DNA of 63,656 bases, the filler included, from Chiloscyllium plagiosum (taxonomy: Eukaryota), in the NCBI RefSeq assembly GCF_004010195.1. It is 3 parts of one record of this genome, joined end to end, with 100 filler letters (N's around TTAATTAATTAA, not from the genome) between each part and the next. Parts side by side here need not be neighbours in the genome. Positions count along the whole stretch, not along the records: positions 1 to 15,067 come from NC_057714.1; positions 15,168 to 40,872 come from NC_057714.1; 1 more part is not named here. One strand, given 5' to 3'. The notes under the pieces are model-generated. The model saw nothing but the letters and a program-made list of their open reading frames with translations, was not told the DNA's origin and searched no databases. The position numbers were made by a program, and so were the translations under genes. Shown one piece after another: positions 10,061 to 20,450 of the stretch. How positions within the stretch are numbered: the first letter of the stretch is position 1; the number at the start of each line of letters is the position of its first letter.

Positions 10061-13000
10061 AGGAGGACCTCAAAGGTAGTGACCTCAGGATTACTACCAG
10101 TGCCACGTGCTAGCCAGCGTAGAAATGAAAGAATAGGCAGGATGAACACATGGCTTGAGGGATGGTGTAGGAGGGAGGGGTTCAGATTTGTTAGACATTG
10201 GGACCGGTTCTGGGGAAGGTGGGACTGTTACAAAATGGATGGTCTACATCTGAACCAGACTGGAACCAATATCCTTGGGGGAGTTTTTGTACTGCTGTTG
10301 GGGAGGTTTTAAGCTAATGTGGCAGGGGACTGGGAACCAGAAGAGAAAACAAGTAGGCAGCAAGGTGGAGACTGGAGACTGTAAGAATCATGAAGATAGC
10401 ATTAATAAAGGAGAGGCAGCAAGCAAATGAACACAAAAGAACTGGTGGCCTGAAATGCATCTACTTTAATGCAAGGAATATAGTGTGTAAGGCAGGTGAA
10501 TTTAGGGCTTGGATTGGTGCCTGGGAGTATGACATTATTGTGATCACAGACTTGGTTGAAGGAAGGGCATGATTGGCAACTAAATGTTCCAGGATATAGA
10601 TGCTTCAGACAGGACAGGGAGGAAAGTAAAAGGGGGGTGGTGTGGTGGAGTTGCATTGCTGGTCAGGGAAGTTATCACGGCTGTGCTAAAGGAGGACACT
10701 ATGGAGGGCTTGGGTAGTGAGGCATTATGGGTGGAGCTGAGAAATAAGAAGGGTGCAGTTACATTGTTGGGGCTGTATTACAGGCCTCCCAACAGTGAGT
10801 GTAAGGTAGAAGAACAAATATGTAAACAGATTATGGAAAGATGTCGAGGCAGTAGGGTAGTGGTGATGGGAGATTCAAATTTTCTCAACATTGACTGACT
10901 GGGATACTCTTATCGTCAGAGGTCTGGATGGGGTAGAATTTATAAGAAACATCCAGGGGAGTTTTCTAGAGCAGTTTGTCAATAGTCCGATGAGGGATGG
11001 GGCCATATTGGATCTGGTATTGGGGAACAAGCCAGGACAGGTGATAGAATTTGTGTGGTGGGGGATTTCTTTGATAACAATGACTATAATTCTGTAAGTT
11101 TTATAATACTTGTAGATAAAGAAGAGAGTGGTCCTAAGGGGAGAGTATTAAACTGAGCGAAGATATTGCACGATAGGCTTGTCCCATTGAAGGCAAAGGA
11201 TAGGAAAGGCAAGATTCGTGAACCGTGGATGACAGGAGAAATTGTACGACTAGCCAAGAGGAAAAGGGAAGCATACGTAAGGTCTAGGCAGCTAAGAACA
11301 GAATGGGCCCTGGAGGAATTTCGGAAGAGTAGGACAAGTCTTAAATGAGGAATCAAGTGGGCTAAAAGGGGTCATGAAATAGCTTTAACAACCAGAATTA
11401 AGGAACATCTCAAAACATTTTATTTTTATCTAAGAAGCAACTGGGTAATCTAGAGAAAGGATTGGTCCACTAAAGGATAATGAAGGAAGGCTGTTTGTCA
11501 AACCTGAGAGAATAGGTGAGATTCTGAATGATTACTTTGCATCATTGTTCACTGAAGAGAGGAATATGATGAATCTTGAGATTAGAGATAGAAGTTTGAT
11601 TAGTCTGGATCACATTGACGTAAGTAGGGAAGATGTGTTGGGTAGGCTAGAGATTATTAAGTTAGACAAATCCCAGGACCAGATGGGATCTATCCCAGGT
11701 TGCTGAGGGGGGCTAGAGAGGAAATAGCTGGGGCCCTGACAGATATCTTTGTGGCATCCTTAAATACCGGTGAGGTGCCGGAGGACTGGAAGGTTGCTCA
11801 TGTTGTCCCCCTGTACAAAAAGGGTAGTGGGGATACTCTGGGTAGCTACAGACCAGTGAGCCTGACGTCAGTGGTGGGAAAGTTGCTGGAGAGGTTACTG
11901 AAGGATAGGATCTATTTATATTTAGATAAGAATGGGCTTATCAGTGATAGTCTACATGGTTCTGTGCAGGGGAGTTTGTGCCTTACCAACGTAATAGAGT
12001 TCTTTGAGGAGGTGACCAAGTTAATAGATGAAGGAAGGGCTGTTGATGTCATATACATGGACTTTAGTAAGGCATTTGATAAGGTTCCCCATGGTAGACT
12101 AATGGAGAAAGTGAAGTCCCATGGTATCCAGGGTGTTCTAGCTAGGTGGATAAAGAACTGGTTGAGCAACAGGAGACAGAGAGTAGTAGTTGAAGGGAGT
12201 TTCTCGAAATGGGGAAAGGTGACCAGTGGTGTTCCACAGGGTCAGTATTGGGACCACTGTTGTTTGTAATATACATAAATGATCTGGAAGAGGGCACTGT
12301 TGGTATGAACAGTAAGTTTGCAGATGACATAAAGATTGGTGGAGTAGCAGAAAGCATAAGGGACTGTCAAAGAATATAGTAGGATATAGCTAGACTGGAG
12401 AGTTGGGCGGAAAAGTGGCAGATGGATTTCAATCCAGACAAATGTGAGGTGATGCATGTAGGCAAGACTAATTCTGGAGCGAATTATACAATGAACGGAA
12501 GAGCCTTTGGAAAAGTTGATGTGCAGAGAGATCTGGGAGTGCAGGTCCATTGTACCCTGAAAGTTGCTGCACAGGTGGATAGAGTGGTCAAGATGGCATA
12601 TAGTATGCTTGCCTCCATTGGATGGGGTATTGAGTATAAGAGCTGACAAGTCATGTTAAAGTTGTACAAGACATTGGTTCGGCCGCATTTAGAATACTGT
12701 GTGCAGTTCTGGTTGCCACAATACCAAAAGGATGTGGACGCTTTGGAGAGGGTGCAGATAAGGTTTATGAGGATGTTGCCCGGTATGGGAGATGCTAGCT
12801 ATGAAGAGAGGTTGAGTAGGTTAGGTTTGTTTTCATTAGAAAAAAGGAGATTGAGGGGTGACCTGATTGAGGTTTACAAAATCATGAAGAGTATAGACAG
12901 GGTGGATAGAGACAAGCTTTTTCCTAGGGTGAAGGATTTAATAACGAGAGGTCACGCTTTCAAGGTGAAAGGTGGAAAGTTTAAGGGCGATACACGCAGC

Positions 13001-13240
13001 AAGTACTTCACACAGAGGATGGTGGGCATATGGAACGCGTTGCCAGCAGAGGTAGTAGAGGCAGGCATGGTAGATTCATTTCAGATGCATTTGGATAGAT
13101 GCATGAGTAGGTGGGGAGCAGAGGGATACAGAATTTTAGGAATTGGGCGACAGGTTAAGACAATAGATTCAGATCGGCTCAGGCTTGGAGGGCCGAAGGG
13201 CCTGTTCCTGGGCTACAAATTTTCTTTGTTCTTTGTTCTA
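10052..13240 (+). mobile_element. CR1 LINE: ORF1 3' end, ORF2 (APE endonuclease + RT) pseudogene, 3' UTR
   Basis: DGLHLN (ORF1 end), CIYFNAR, GLYYRPPN, VVMGD, ILDLVL, YRPVSLTS, DFSKAFDKVPH, GVPQG; internal deletion near 11165; (ttctttg)n tail. Confidence 0.95.
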
Positions 13241-13902
13241 AACAACACCCAATACATGGGATAAAAATGTGTTTGAGAGAAATACTTTTTAACAACCATA
13301 GAGTACACAATGAGAAGCACAACAGCAATAGCAATAGCAGTGCCCATCACAACTGGTCCGTGCAACATTCCTTGCACTGAATATGATAGACAGGACCTAA
13401 TGGCAGAATATGCACAATTTTGAGGTCTTGCTCCTATTTTCAGAATATATAACAGCAGCCATGAATGCTCAATGGAGATAAATTCCTTTCTAGATTAAGA
13501 CTAAATATTTTGTGACACATCAGCACATATCAAATCAGGGAGTCACTTTATTTACTACAGCTACAAAATAAAACACGACATTCATGTGATAAGGTAAATG
13601 TGGAAAACCTTTTTTTTTAAGTGTTCTCCATTTCCACTAAATCACAACTTTAGTGTGTTGGCACCATTAGTTCCAAAGTTGATACAACTGATACTTGGGT
13701 TGCAATATATGTCAATTTTATATCCTTTGTAATGATCTTACAGCATTACATAGCCTGTAGGTCAGGCTGCATGTATCACAATATACCTAAAATATATGAT
13801 AAACATATATTGCTAAAATATGCTGATAATTTTCTGTCGACCAATGCTAAAGTGCTGGATTTTAATATTTTTTTCTTTTTGAACATTGAAAATCAATTTT
13901 AG

Positions 13903-14001
13903 TGGGTGGTGATGATATGAAGTTCCCAAGACCTGCGTTTTGGACTGCATGCACGTTAGCTGCCCTCTCGCCTGCCGCAGACATGGGGAATTACAATAAA
14001 G
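13903..14001 (+). CDS. Putative 99-nt phase-1 symmetric internal exon of unidentified host gene (xGGDDMKFPRPAFWTACTLAALSPAADMGNYNK)
   Basis: T-rich tract + ttttAG acceptor ending at 13902, donor AAG/gtaatt at 14001/14002, single open frame, GC/CpG-rich island in AT-rich flanks, phase compatible with 3161-3214. Confidence 0.7.
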
Positions 14002-14621
14002 GTAATTTCAAGAACGTTTCTGCTTTCTCATATTGTACATTCTGTGTGAACGGAAGATGTTCATTGTTTTGTGTAGTGACATGAACACTAACGACAATGT
14101 ACATAGCACGTGTTCTTCCCTTTGTGAAATTCCTCAGTCTGGAAAGTTTGAATGCAGATTTCCTTTGCGAAGGGATCACAAGTTTGATTATTAAATCTGA
14201 ATAAAATTTAATGTCTAAAGTATTTACTTTGAATTGTTGAATTAATCAAAAGTGAAATTATGTGGAGAGGGTACAGAGGAAACATATGAAGGTGTTGCCA
14301 GGAATTTGAAGGATATGGAATGATTCTATGGTGTGGGGTTGTTCTCTTTGGTACATGGGAGGCTATATTTATTGAGGTATATATTGTAACACAATACTTA
14401 AATAATATGGATAACGAAGATATGATTTTGCTGGAAGGAAAATCACTAGCCAGCAGAATAGATTTAAATAATCATTTGGTAACACAGAGCTTGATACACA
14501 CTTTATTAAAATTTTGCACTTACAGTCATCAGAACAATTTACAAGAATACTGCTGCAAAGGAAACGTTTAACCTGTATGAAAGAAAAGTGCTGATTGGTT
14601 GGTAGGTGGATTCTGAGTGAT

Positions 14622-14949
14622 ACAGAAGCAGAGGAGAATGCAAGTTAATGATGACTGAGTGTTAAATACATAGTTTTGTTTAAATTTTGAACCAGGCAGT
14701 TTGACTCTACTTAGCCAAGGCTTTCGATCAGTGGTGCTGGAATAGCGCAGCAATTCAGGCAGCATCCGAGGACAGGCAAAATCGAACAGAAGCAGAGGAG
14801 AATGCAAGTTGATGATGACTGAGTGTTAAATACATAGTTTTGTTTAAATTTTGAACCAGGCAGTTTGACTCTACTTAGCCAAGGCTTTCGATCAGTGGTG
14901 CTGGAATAGCGCAGCAATTCAGGCAGCATCCGAGGACAGGCAAAATCGA
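14622..14949 (+). repeat. 164-bp direct tandem duplication
   Basis: Units start at 14622 and 14786, 1 mismatch seen; spans a PLE boundary near a gap. Confidence 0.9.
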
Positions 14950-15067
14950 TGTTTCAGGCAAAAGCCCTTCATCAGGAATAAAGGCAGAGAGTCTGAAGTG
15001 TGGAGAGATAAGCTAGAGGAGGGTGGGGATGGGGATAGAGTAGCATAGAGTACAATAGGTCAGTGGG
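14890..15067 (-). mobile_element. Penelope-like element 3' end with hammerhead core, runs into gap
   Basis: Minus CTGATGAAGGGCTTTTGCCTGAAACATC at 14948-14975; same family as 8261-8483. Confidence 0.75.
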
Positions 15068-15167
15068 NNNNNNNNNNNNNNNNNNNNNNNNNNNNNNNNN
15101 NNNNNNNNNNNTTAATTAATTAANNNNNNNNNNNNNNNNNNNNNNNNNNNNNNNNNNNNNNNNNNNN
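15068..15167. other. Assembly gap with TTAATTAATTAA linker
   Basis: N-run with 12-mer at 15112-15123; identical construct at 40917-40928. Confidence 0.95.
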
Positions 15168-17325
15168 ACAGATTCCTCTCCATCTAAACCTTTAACACTA
15201 TGGCAGTCCCAGTCGATGTTTGGAAAGTTAAAATCCCCTACCATAACTACCCTATTATTCTTACAGAGAGCTGAGATCTCCTTACAAGTTTGTTTCTCAA
15301 TTTCCCTCTAACTATTGGGGGGTCTATAATACAATCCCAATAAGTTGGTCATCCCTTTCTTATTTCTCAGTTCCACCCAAATAACTTCCCTGGATGTATT
15401 TCTGGGAATATCNNNNNNNNNNNNNNNNNNNNNNNNNNNNNNNNNNNNNNNNNNNNNNNNNNNNNNNNNNNNNNNNNNNNNNNNNNNNNNNNNNNNNNNN
15501 NNNNNNNNNNNNNNNNNNNNNNAGCTGTCAGTCCTGCCCATCCCTGAGCCATGTTTCTGTAATTGCTATGATATCGCAGTCCCATGTTCCTAACCATGCC
15601 CTGAGTTCATCTGCCTTCCCTGTTAGGCCCCCCTTGCATTGAAATAAATGCAGTTTAATTTATTAGTCCTACCTTGTCTCTGCCTGCCCTGACTGTTTGA
15701 CTCTCTTCTGTTCTCAACCATACCAGTTTCAGATTGATCTCTTTCCTCACTATCTCCCTGGGTCCCACTCCACACCTTACTAGTTTAAATCCTCCCAAGC
15801 AGTTCTAGCAAATTTTCCTGCCAGTACATTAGTCCCCTTTCAATTTAGGTACAATCCAGCCTTCTTGTACAGGTCACTTCTAGCCCAAAAGAGATTCCAA
15901 TGATCCAAAAATATGAATCCTTCTCCCAAACACCAGCTCCTCAGCCATGCATTCATCTGCTCTATTCTCCTATTCCTGTCCTCACTAGCTCGTAGCACTG
16001 GGAGTTACCCAGATATTACTACCCTTGAGGACCTCCTTTTTAAGTTTCTGCCTAACTCTCTGTAATCTCCCATCAGAATCTCAACCTTTTCCCTTCCTAT
16101 ATCGTTGGTTCCAATGTGGACAATGACCTCCTGCTGGCCCCTCTCCCCCGTGAGAACATTCTGCACCCTCTCTGAGACATCCTTGATCCTGGCACCAGGG
16201 GAACAACACATCACTCTGCTTTTTCTCTGCTGGCCACAGAAACGTTTGTCTGTACCTCTGACTACGGAATCCCCTAACACAATTGATCTCTTGGAAGCTG
16301 ACGTACCCCTCATTGCATTAGAGCCAGTCTCAATACCAGAAACTTGGCTGTTTGTGCTAGGTTCCCCTGCGAATCCATCACCTCCTACGTTTTCCAAAAC
16401 AGCATACCTGTTTGAAAAGAGTATATCCACAAAAGACTCCTGCCCTAGGTGCCGACCTCTCTCACCCTTCCTGGAGTTAACCCATCTATGTGACTGTATG
16501 TGAGACTTCCCCCCTTTTGATAAGTGCCATCCATCACATACTGTTGCTGTTGCAAATTCCTTATCGCTTCTATCTGTCTCTCCAACCAATCCTCTCAATC
16601 TGATAAGATTTGCATCCAACAGCATTTATGGCAGATATAATCCGCAGTAACCCTTAAACTCTCTTTAAATTCCCACATCTGACAAGAAGTACATATCACT
16701 GCAAAGGCCATTTTTGCTCCTTCACAATCTACAGACCCAGAAAATAACACAGTCTTATTCCTCTGCAAACTCTGCCCCAGGTTAAATTAATAGCTATGGC
16801 TTATATTTTAAGTTTAATCAAGAGACTTATCTCCAAAAACATATAATCAAGAAAGAACCCACTGTACTCACTAATACAGCCTTTCTCTTGGACAGACTTA
16901 AAACAACAATTAACTTATCTGATTCTGTGTTGTGAACTTCACCCAAACTGGTTCCTCCAAAATTAGTTGTGAAATTCACTGTTTTTTAATTTTCCCAGAT
17001 GCACTCCGATGTCCAGCGACACATGAATTCAAAAACAGCAAAGGCAGCAACTGTGCAGGTTCTGTCTCTCTCTCTTTCTCTCTCTTTCTCTCTCCTTCAC
17101 TGTCCTCACCGTGTGCTTCCTTTGTCTGTTCTTCTCCCTTTTAAAACTGCTGTTGTTTTGACTGTTTTTTTCCCAAAGTTCCAAAACAAAGCAACAGCAT
17201 ATAAAACAGTAATTGCTGCTCCTAGAATTCCAGGAAATCACCTCCAGCACCTAAAATACCTCAAAAAAAGGAGCAGCTCTTACAGCCAAAAATTTTTCCC
17301 GTCCTCCATCTTGGATTACCCAAGT
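15168..17325 (-). mobile_element. CR1 LINE 5' half: 5' UTR, ORF1 esterase, ORF2 endonuclease start
   Basis: ORF 16005-16625 (SIVLGDSVVRG, VHIGTNDIG); WVELRNKKG/LGLYYRPPN at 15308-15400; about 700-bp upstream UTR. Confidence 0.9.
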
Positions 17326-17401
17326 CTTTGAACATATCAGCCGCAGGTACGAGGGAAACTACTGTACCATTCTACTGTAGCAGGCAGGATGGAGACAGTT
17401 A

Positions 17402-17948
17402 AAAGTTTGTGAGAAGATTTGTAGCTCAGGTGCTCGTTGTTGTGGTTCTGTTCGCCGAGCTGGGAATTTGTGTTGCGGACATTTCGTCCCCTGTCTAGGT
17501 GACATCCTCAGTGCTTGGGAGTCTCCTGTGAAGCACTCTGTGATCTTTCCTCCGCCATTTGTAATGGTTTGGATTTGCCGCTTCTGGTTGTCAGTTCCAG
17601 CTGTCCGTTGCAGTGGTCAGTATATTGGGTCCAGGTCGATGTGCTGATTGATTGAATCTGTGGATGAGTGCCATGCCTCTAGGAATTCCCTGGCTGTTCT
17701 CTGTTTGGCTTGTCCTATAATAGTAGTGTTGTCCCAGTCGAATTCATGTTGCTTGTCATTTGCGTGTGTGGCTACTAAGGATATCTGGTCGTGTCGTTTC
17801 ATGGCTAGTTGGTGTTCATGGATGCGGATCGTTAGCTGTCTTCCTGTTTGTCCTATGTAGTGTTTTGTGCAGTCCTTGCATGGGATTTTGTACACTACAT
17901 TGATTTTGCCAGCACATCGACCAGCAGTCTGCAACACAAATTCCCAGC
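17402..17948 (-). mobile_element. Penelope element 3' fragment: GIY-YIG endonuclease + terminal repeat, short inverted terminal piece
   Basis: NVVYKIPCKDCTKHYIGQTGRQLTIRIHEH...REFLEAWH...IN; 13-bp TSD ATGGAGACAGTTA at 17389-17401 and 17949-17961. Confidence 0.93.
17478..17511 (-). ncRNA. Minimal hammerhead ribozyme core
   Basis: CTGAGGA-T-GTCACCT(AGAC)AGGGGAC-GAAA-TG-TC on the minus strand, just downstream of the GIY-YIG ORF. Confidence 0.7.
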
Positions 17949-18000
17949 ATGGAGACAGTTATGTTGTGGATAAATATTAAATAATGGCCATAATTCTTTT

Positions 18001-18257
18001 TCCTTTTGTTGGCTATTATTTTATATTGAGATCTGGTGCGTTTTTGTTCTTTTTTTTACTCAAATCAAGCATGAATTTCATCCCCTCGAAAACAATACCT
18101 CGTGTATTAGTCCACTTCCTAATTCCAGCTTTAAAATGCCAGCTTCAAATTTCGATGGAGAATTGTTTTCGAGGGGATGAAATTCATGCTTGATTTGAGT
18201 AAAAAAATGGGCAAATGAGAGCCAGATCCCCATATAAAATAATAAACAACAAAAGGA
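18001..18257. repeat. Long inverted repeat (~96-bp arms, perfect 46-bp inner stem, 65-nt loop)
   Basis: 18051-18096 is the exact reverse complement of 18162-18207; 18001-18050 pairs gaplessly but imperfectly with 18208-18257. Confidence 0.95.
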
Positions 18258-19559
18258 GTATATATGGGCTAGTTTCTGTTTCACGGACAATTTTAACGGA
18301 TCATGGTCCCAATATGTAACTCCTGACTGCAATATTCCAAGAACTCTCTAGCCACTAGAATATCTGGCTCAATGTACTGCTGAGAAGCCTTTATTTTTGA
18401 ATTTCTCTATATAGTGCAAAACTGTCTCCAAAACAATGAAGTATACCAGGGAATAACTTAATGTATGATGGAAATGTCTTATGCAATATTTGTAATGAGC
18501 ACGTTGAAATGAAGTACTTTTACTCTCCATTTTAATGAAAGCTTTATCTATTAAAGATAAAAAATAGTTCAGAATTGTATTAAAAACACAGGGTACAACC
18601 TTCTTCCACACATACATTTACAATGTTAATTTGAGTGGAGACTGGAGAGACTCTGCTTCAGTGCACTATCTTTATTTTCTACTACAAGATGGGAAATGTT
18701 GTTTGGGTCCTATTTAAAAGACAATCGAATTAACGATACTTCGTCTTCACTGTTATTTGTTTGTGCTCTTTTGAAGTTGAACAGAACTCCATCATTTTTT
18801 GTTCACAAGAAACATTTGCATTCCAATGTGCCATATGTATTGGCAGCTGACAAGTTGATTATCCCACATGGATTGAATTTTGCCATTGTTTGGAAATATT
18901 ATTCCAATTGGAAGAAACCTTAATTATAATTGGTACCTCAGAAAAAAAAAATTTTGTAAATGTATTTTCTATCATTTAATTACAGTTAACATGTGCATAT
19001 TATGTCCGCTGGATAATTTTGTTATATATCATTAGAAAGTTATTTGCGCAATTTTAAAGTGCAATCCAATGTTCTGAATTGTCTTACATAACACATGTTT
19101 CTGACTCAACTCCTCGATATATTAAAAGTCCTATTCATCTTACAAAATAGTGTGGCATCTGCAAAAAATGTGTGGCTATTTTTTGTTCATTTCCCAGTGG
19201 AGTCTCTCTCCACTAATGCGAGCAATTTAGATTAATGGTTTCAGTCTGTGAGGACCGTCAGATGTTCATATGATTGGGTTACCACAAAGTAGAAGGGAGT
19301 AAACTTTTAATGTGTTTTGCTTGAAATTTTTAAATAATGACTTTGTGAATGAATTTTAAGAGAAATAATCTCAATGAAGGCTCTTTATTTATCTTTGGAG
19401 AGGCACATAACTTTAATATTTGATATATATTATGCACATATATATAATCAGAAATAATTAAACATTATACATTGGTAGAAAAAACATTCACTTCACCATG
19501 GAGAGCCACATTAAAGTTGCTTAAGTCACAAAGCTACTTTGTTTACACAGTTGTAAAGT

Positions 19560-20010
19560 GTCAGCTTGCCTTTGGAATGACTTTTACCTTTGCGTCAAAA
19601 TTATTTAAAATTATTTCCTTTTTGAGCATAGACTAATACTCCACTGTATTACTCAGACACTGCTGCACTAATGTAGGTTCTGTCTTTCAGGTAAGTCATC
19701 AGACCAAAACCACTACCATCTGTTCTGTTCTGCCAGGCAATCATTATCATATTGGCACAAAGTGAAGAAGAGCTGGGAGTTTTCCTGTTGTATTGATCAC
19801 TGTTGTTTTTCTCAGTTACAAGCATATGTAATTGCAGCTGACAGGCTGATTCTCCACATGGATGAACCAGTCTTTCATCTCCTCTATATGGTACATGGTG
19901 AGTACAAACTGCTGCTCTGTTTGCTGACGTCCAGTCACTACTCTTCATAATCATTCCCTCATTGGGTAGATCTTTGTGAAAGCTTACAACATGCCATGTA
20001 GCAGTAAATA
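19560..20010 (+). mobile_element. Degenerate Deu-domain SINE (SacSINE1/AmnSINE-like)
   Basis: Remnants tgctgcact..gtctttcag..., gaagaagagctgggagtttt, cagtcactactcttca in the expected order. Confidence 0.55.
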
Positions 20011-20348
20011 GTTCATTTCTTCGAATACTCAGAACAAACTGGAACATTACAATACTGTTGAATTTATTTTCAATGCATCGTTTCTGCAATATCTCCCAGT
20101 GATAGAAATTGAAATTTGAAAGCTTCGAACGCTCAAGACTTCAAAATGTATTTAATTACAATGCAAACTGAAAAATTGAAATTTGCATGGTTTATAAACT
20201 CTAGATAGCATAATATTGAAATTACTCCCATTCATTGATTGCTTTTCCCAATGCGTGTGCAGGGAATTTTATGGCACCAATTTTTAAGCTGAGGATCAAG
20301 TTCCTTCGTTTGCTGATTATCATTACTTTTGATATATTTTCTGAACTA

Positions 20349-20450
20349 ACCTGTTCAGAGATGCTATTACACACTTTGGGATAAAGTGAGACTTGAAACC
20401 AGGCCTCTTAGCTCAGAGGTAGGGATACTACCACTGTGCCATAAGAGCCC
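20349..20450 (-). mobile_element. Short tRNA-derived repeat unit
   Basis: Minus A box TGGCACAGTGG and B-box-like GTTTCAAGTC; same unit tandemly repeated at 50995-51335. Confidence 0.6.

Noticed and set aside
3161..14001. 54- and 99-nt exon sizes suggesting a fibrillar collagen
   Set aside because: No Gly-X-Y periodicity; size coincidence
15112..15123. TTAATTAATTAA palindrome inside N-runs (also 40917-40928)
   Set aside because: Identical 12-mer centred in 100-bp gaps with stops in all six frames: a scaffolding linker, not biology
19198..19235. Acceptor ttcccAG followed by VESLSTNASNLD-stop as a terminal or poison exon
   Set aside because: Only an acceptor and a short frame; no convincing donor or poly(A) support
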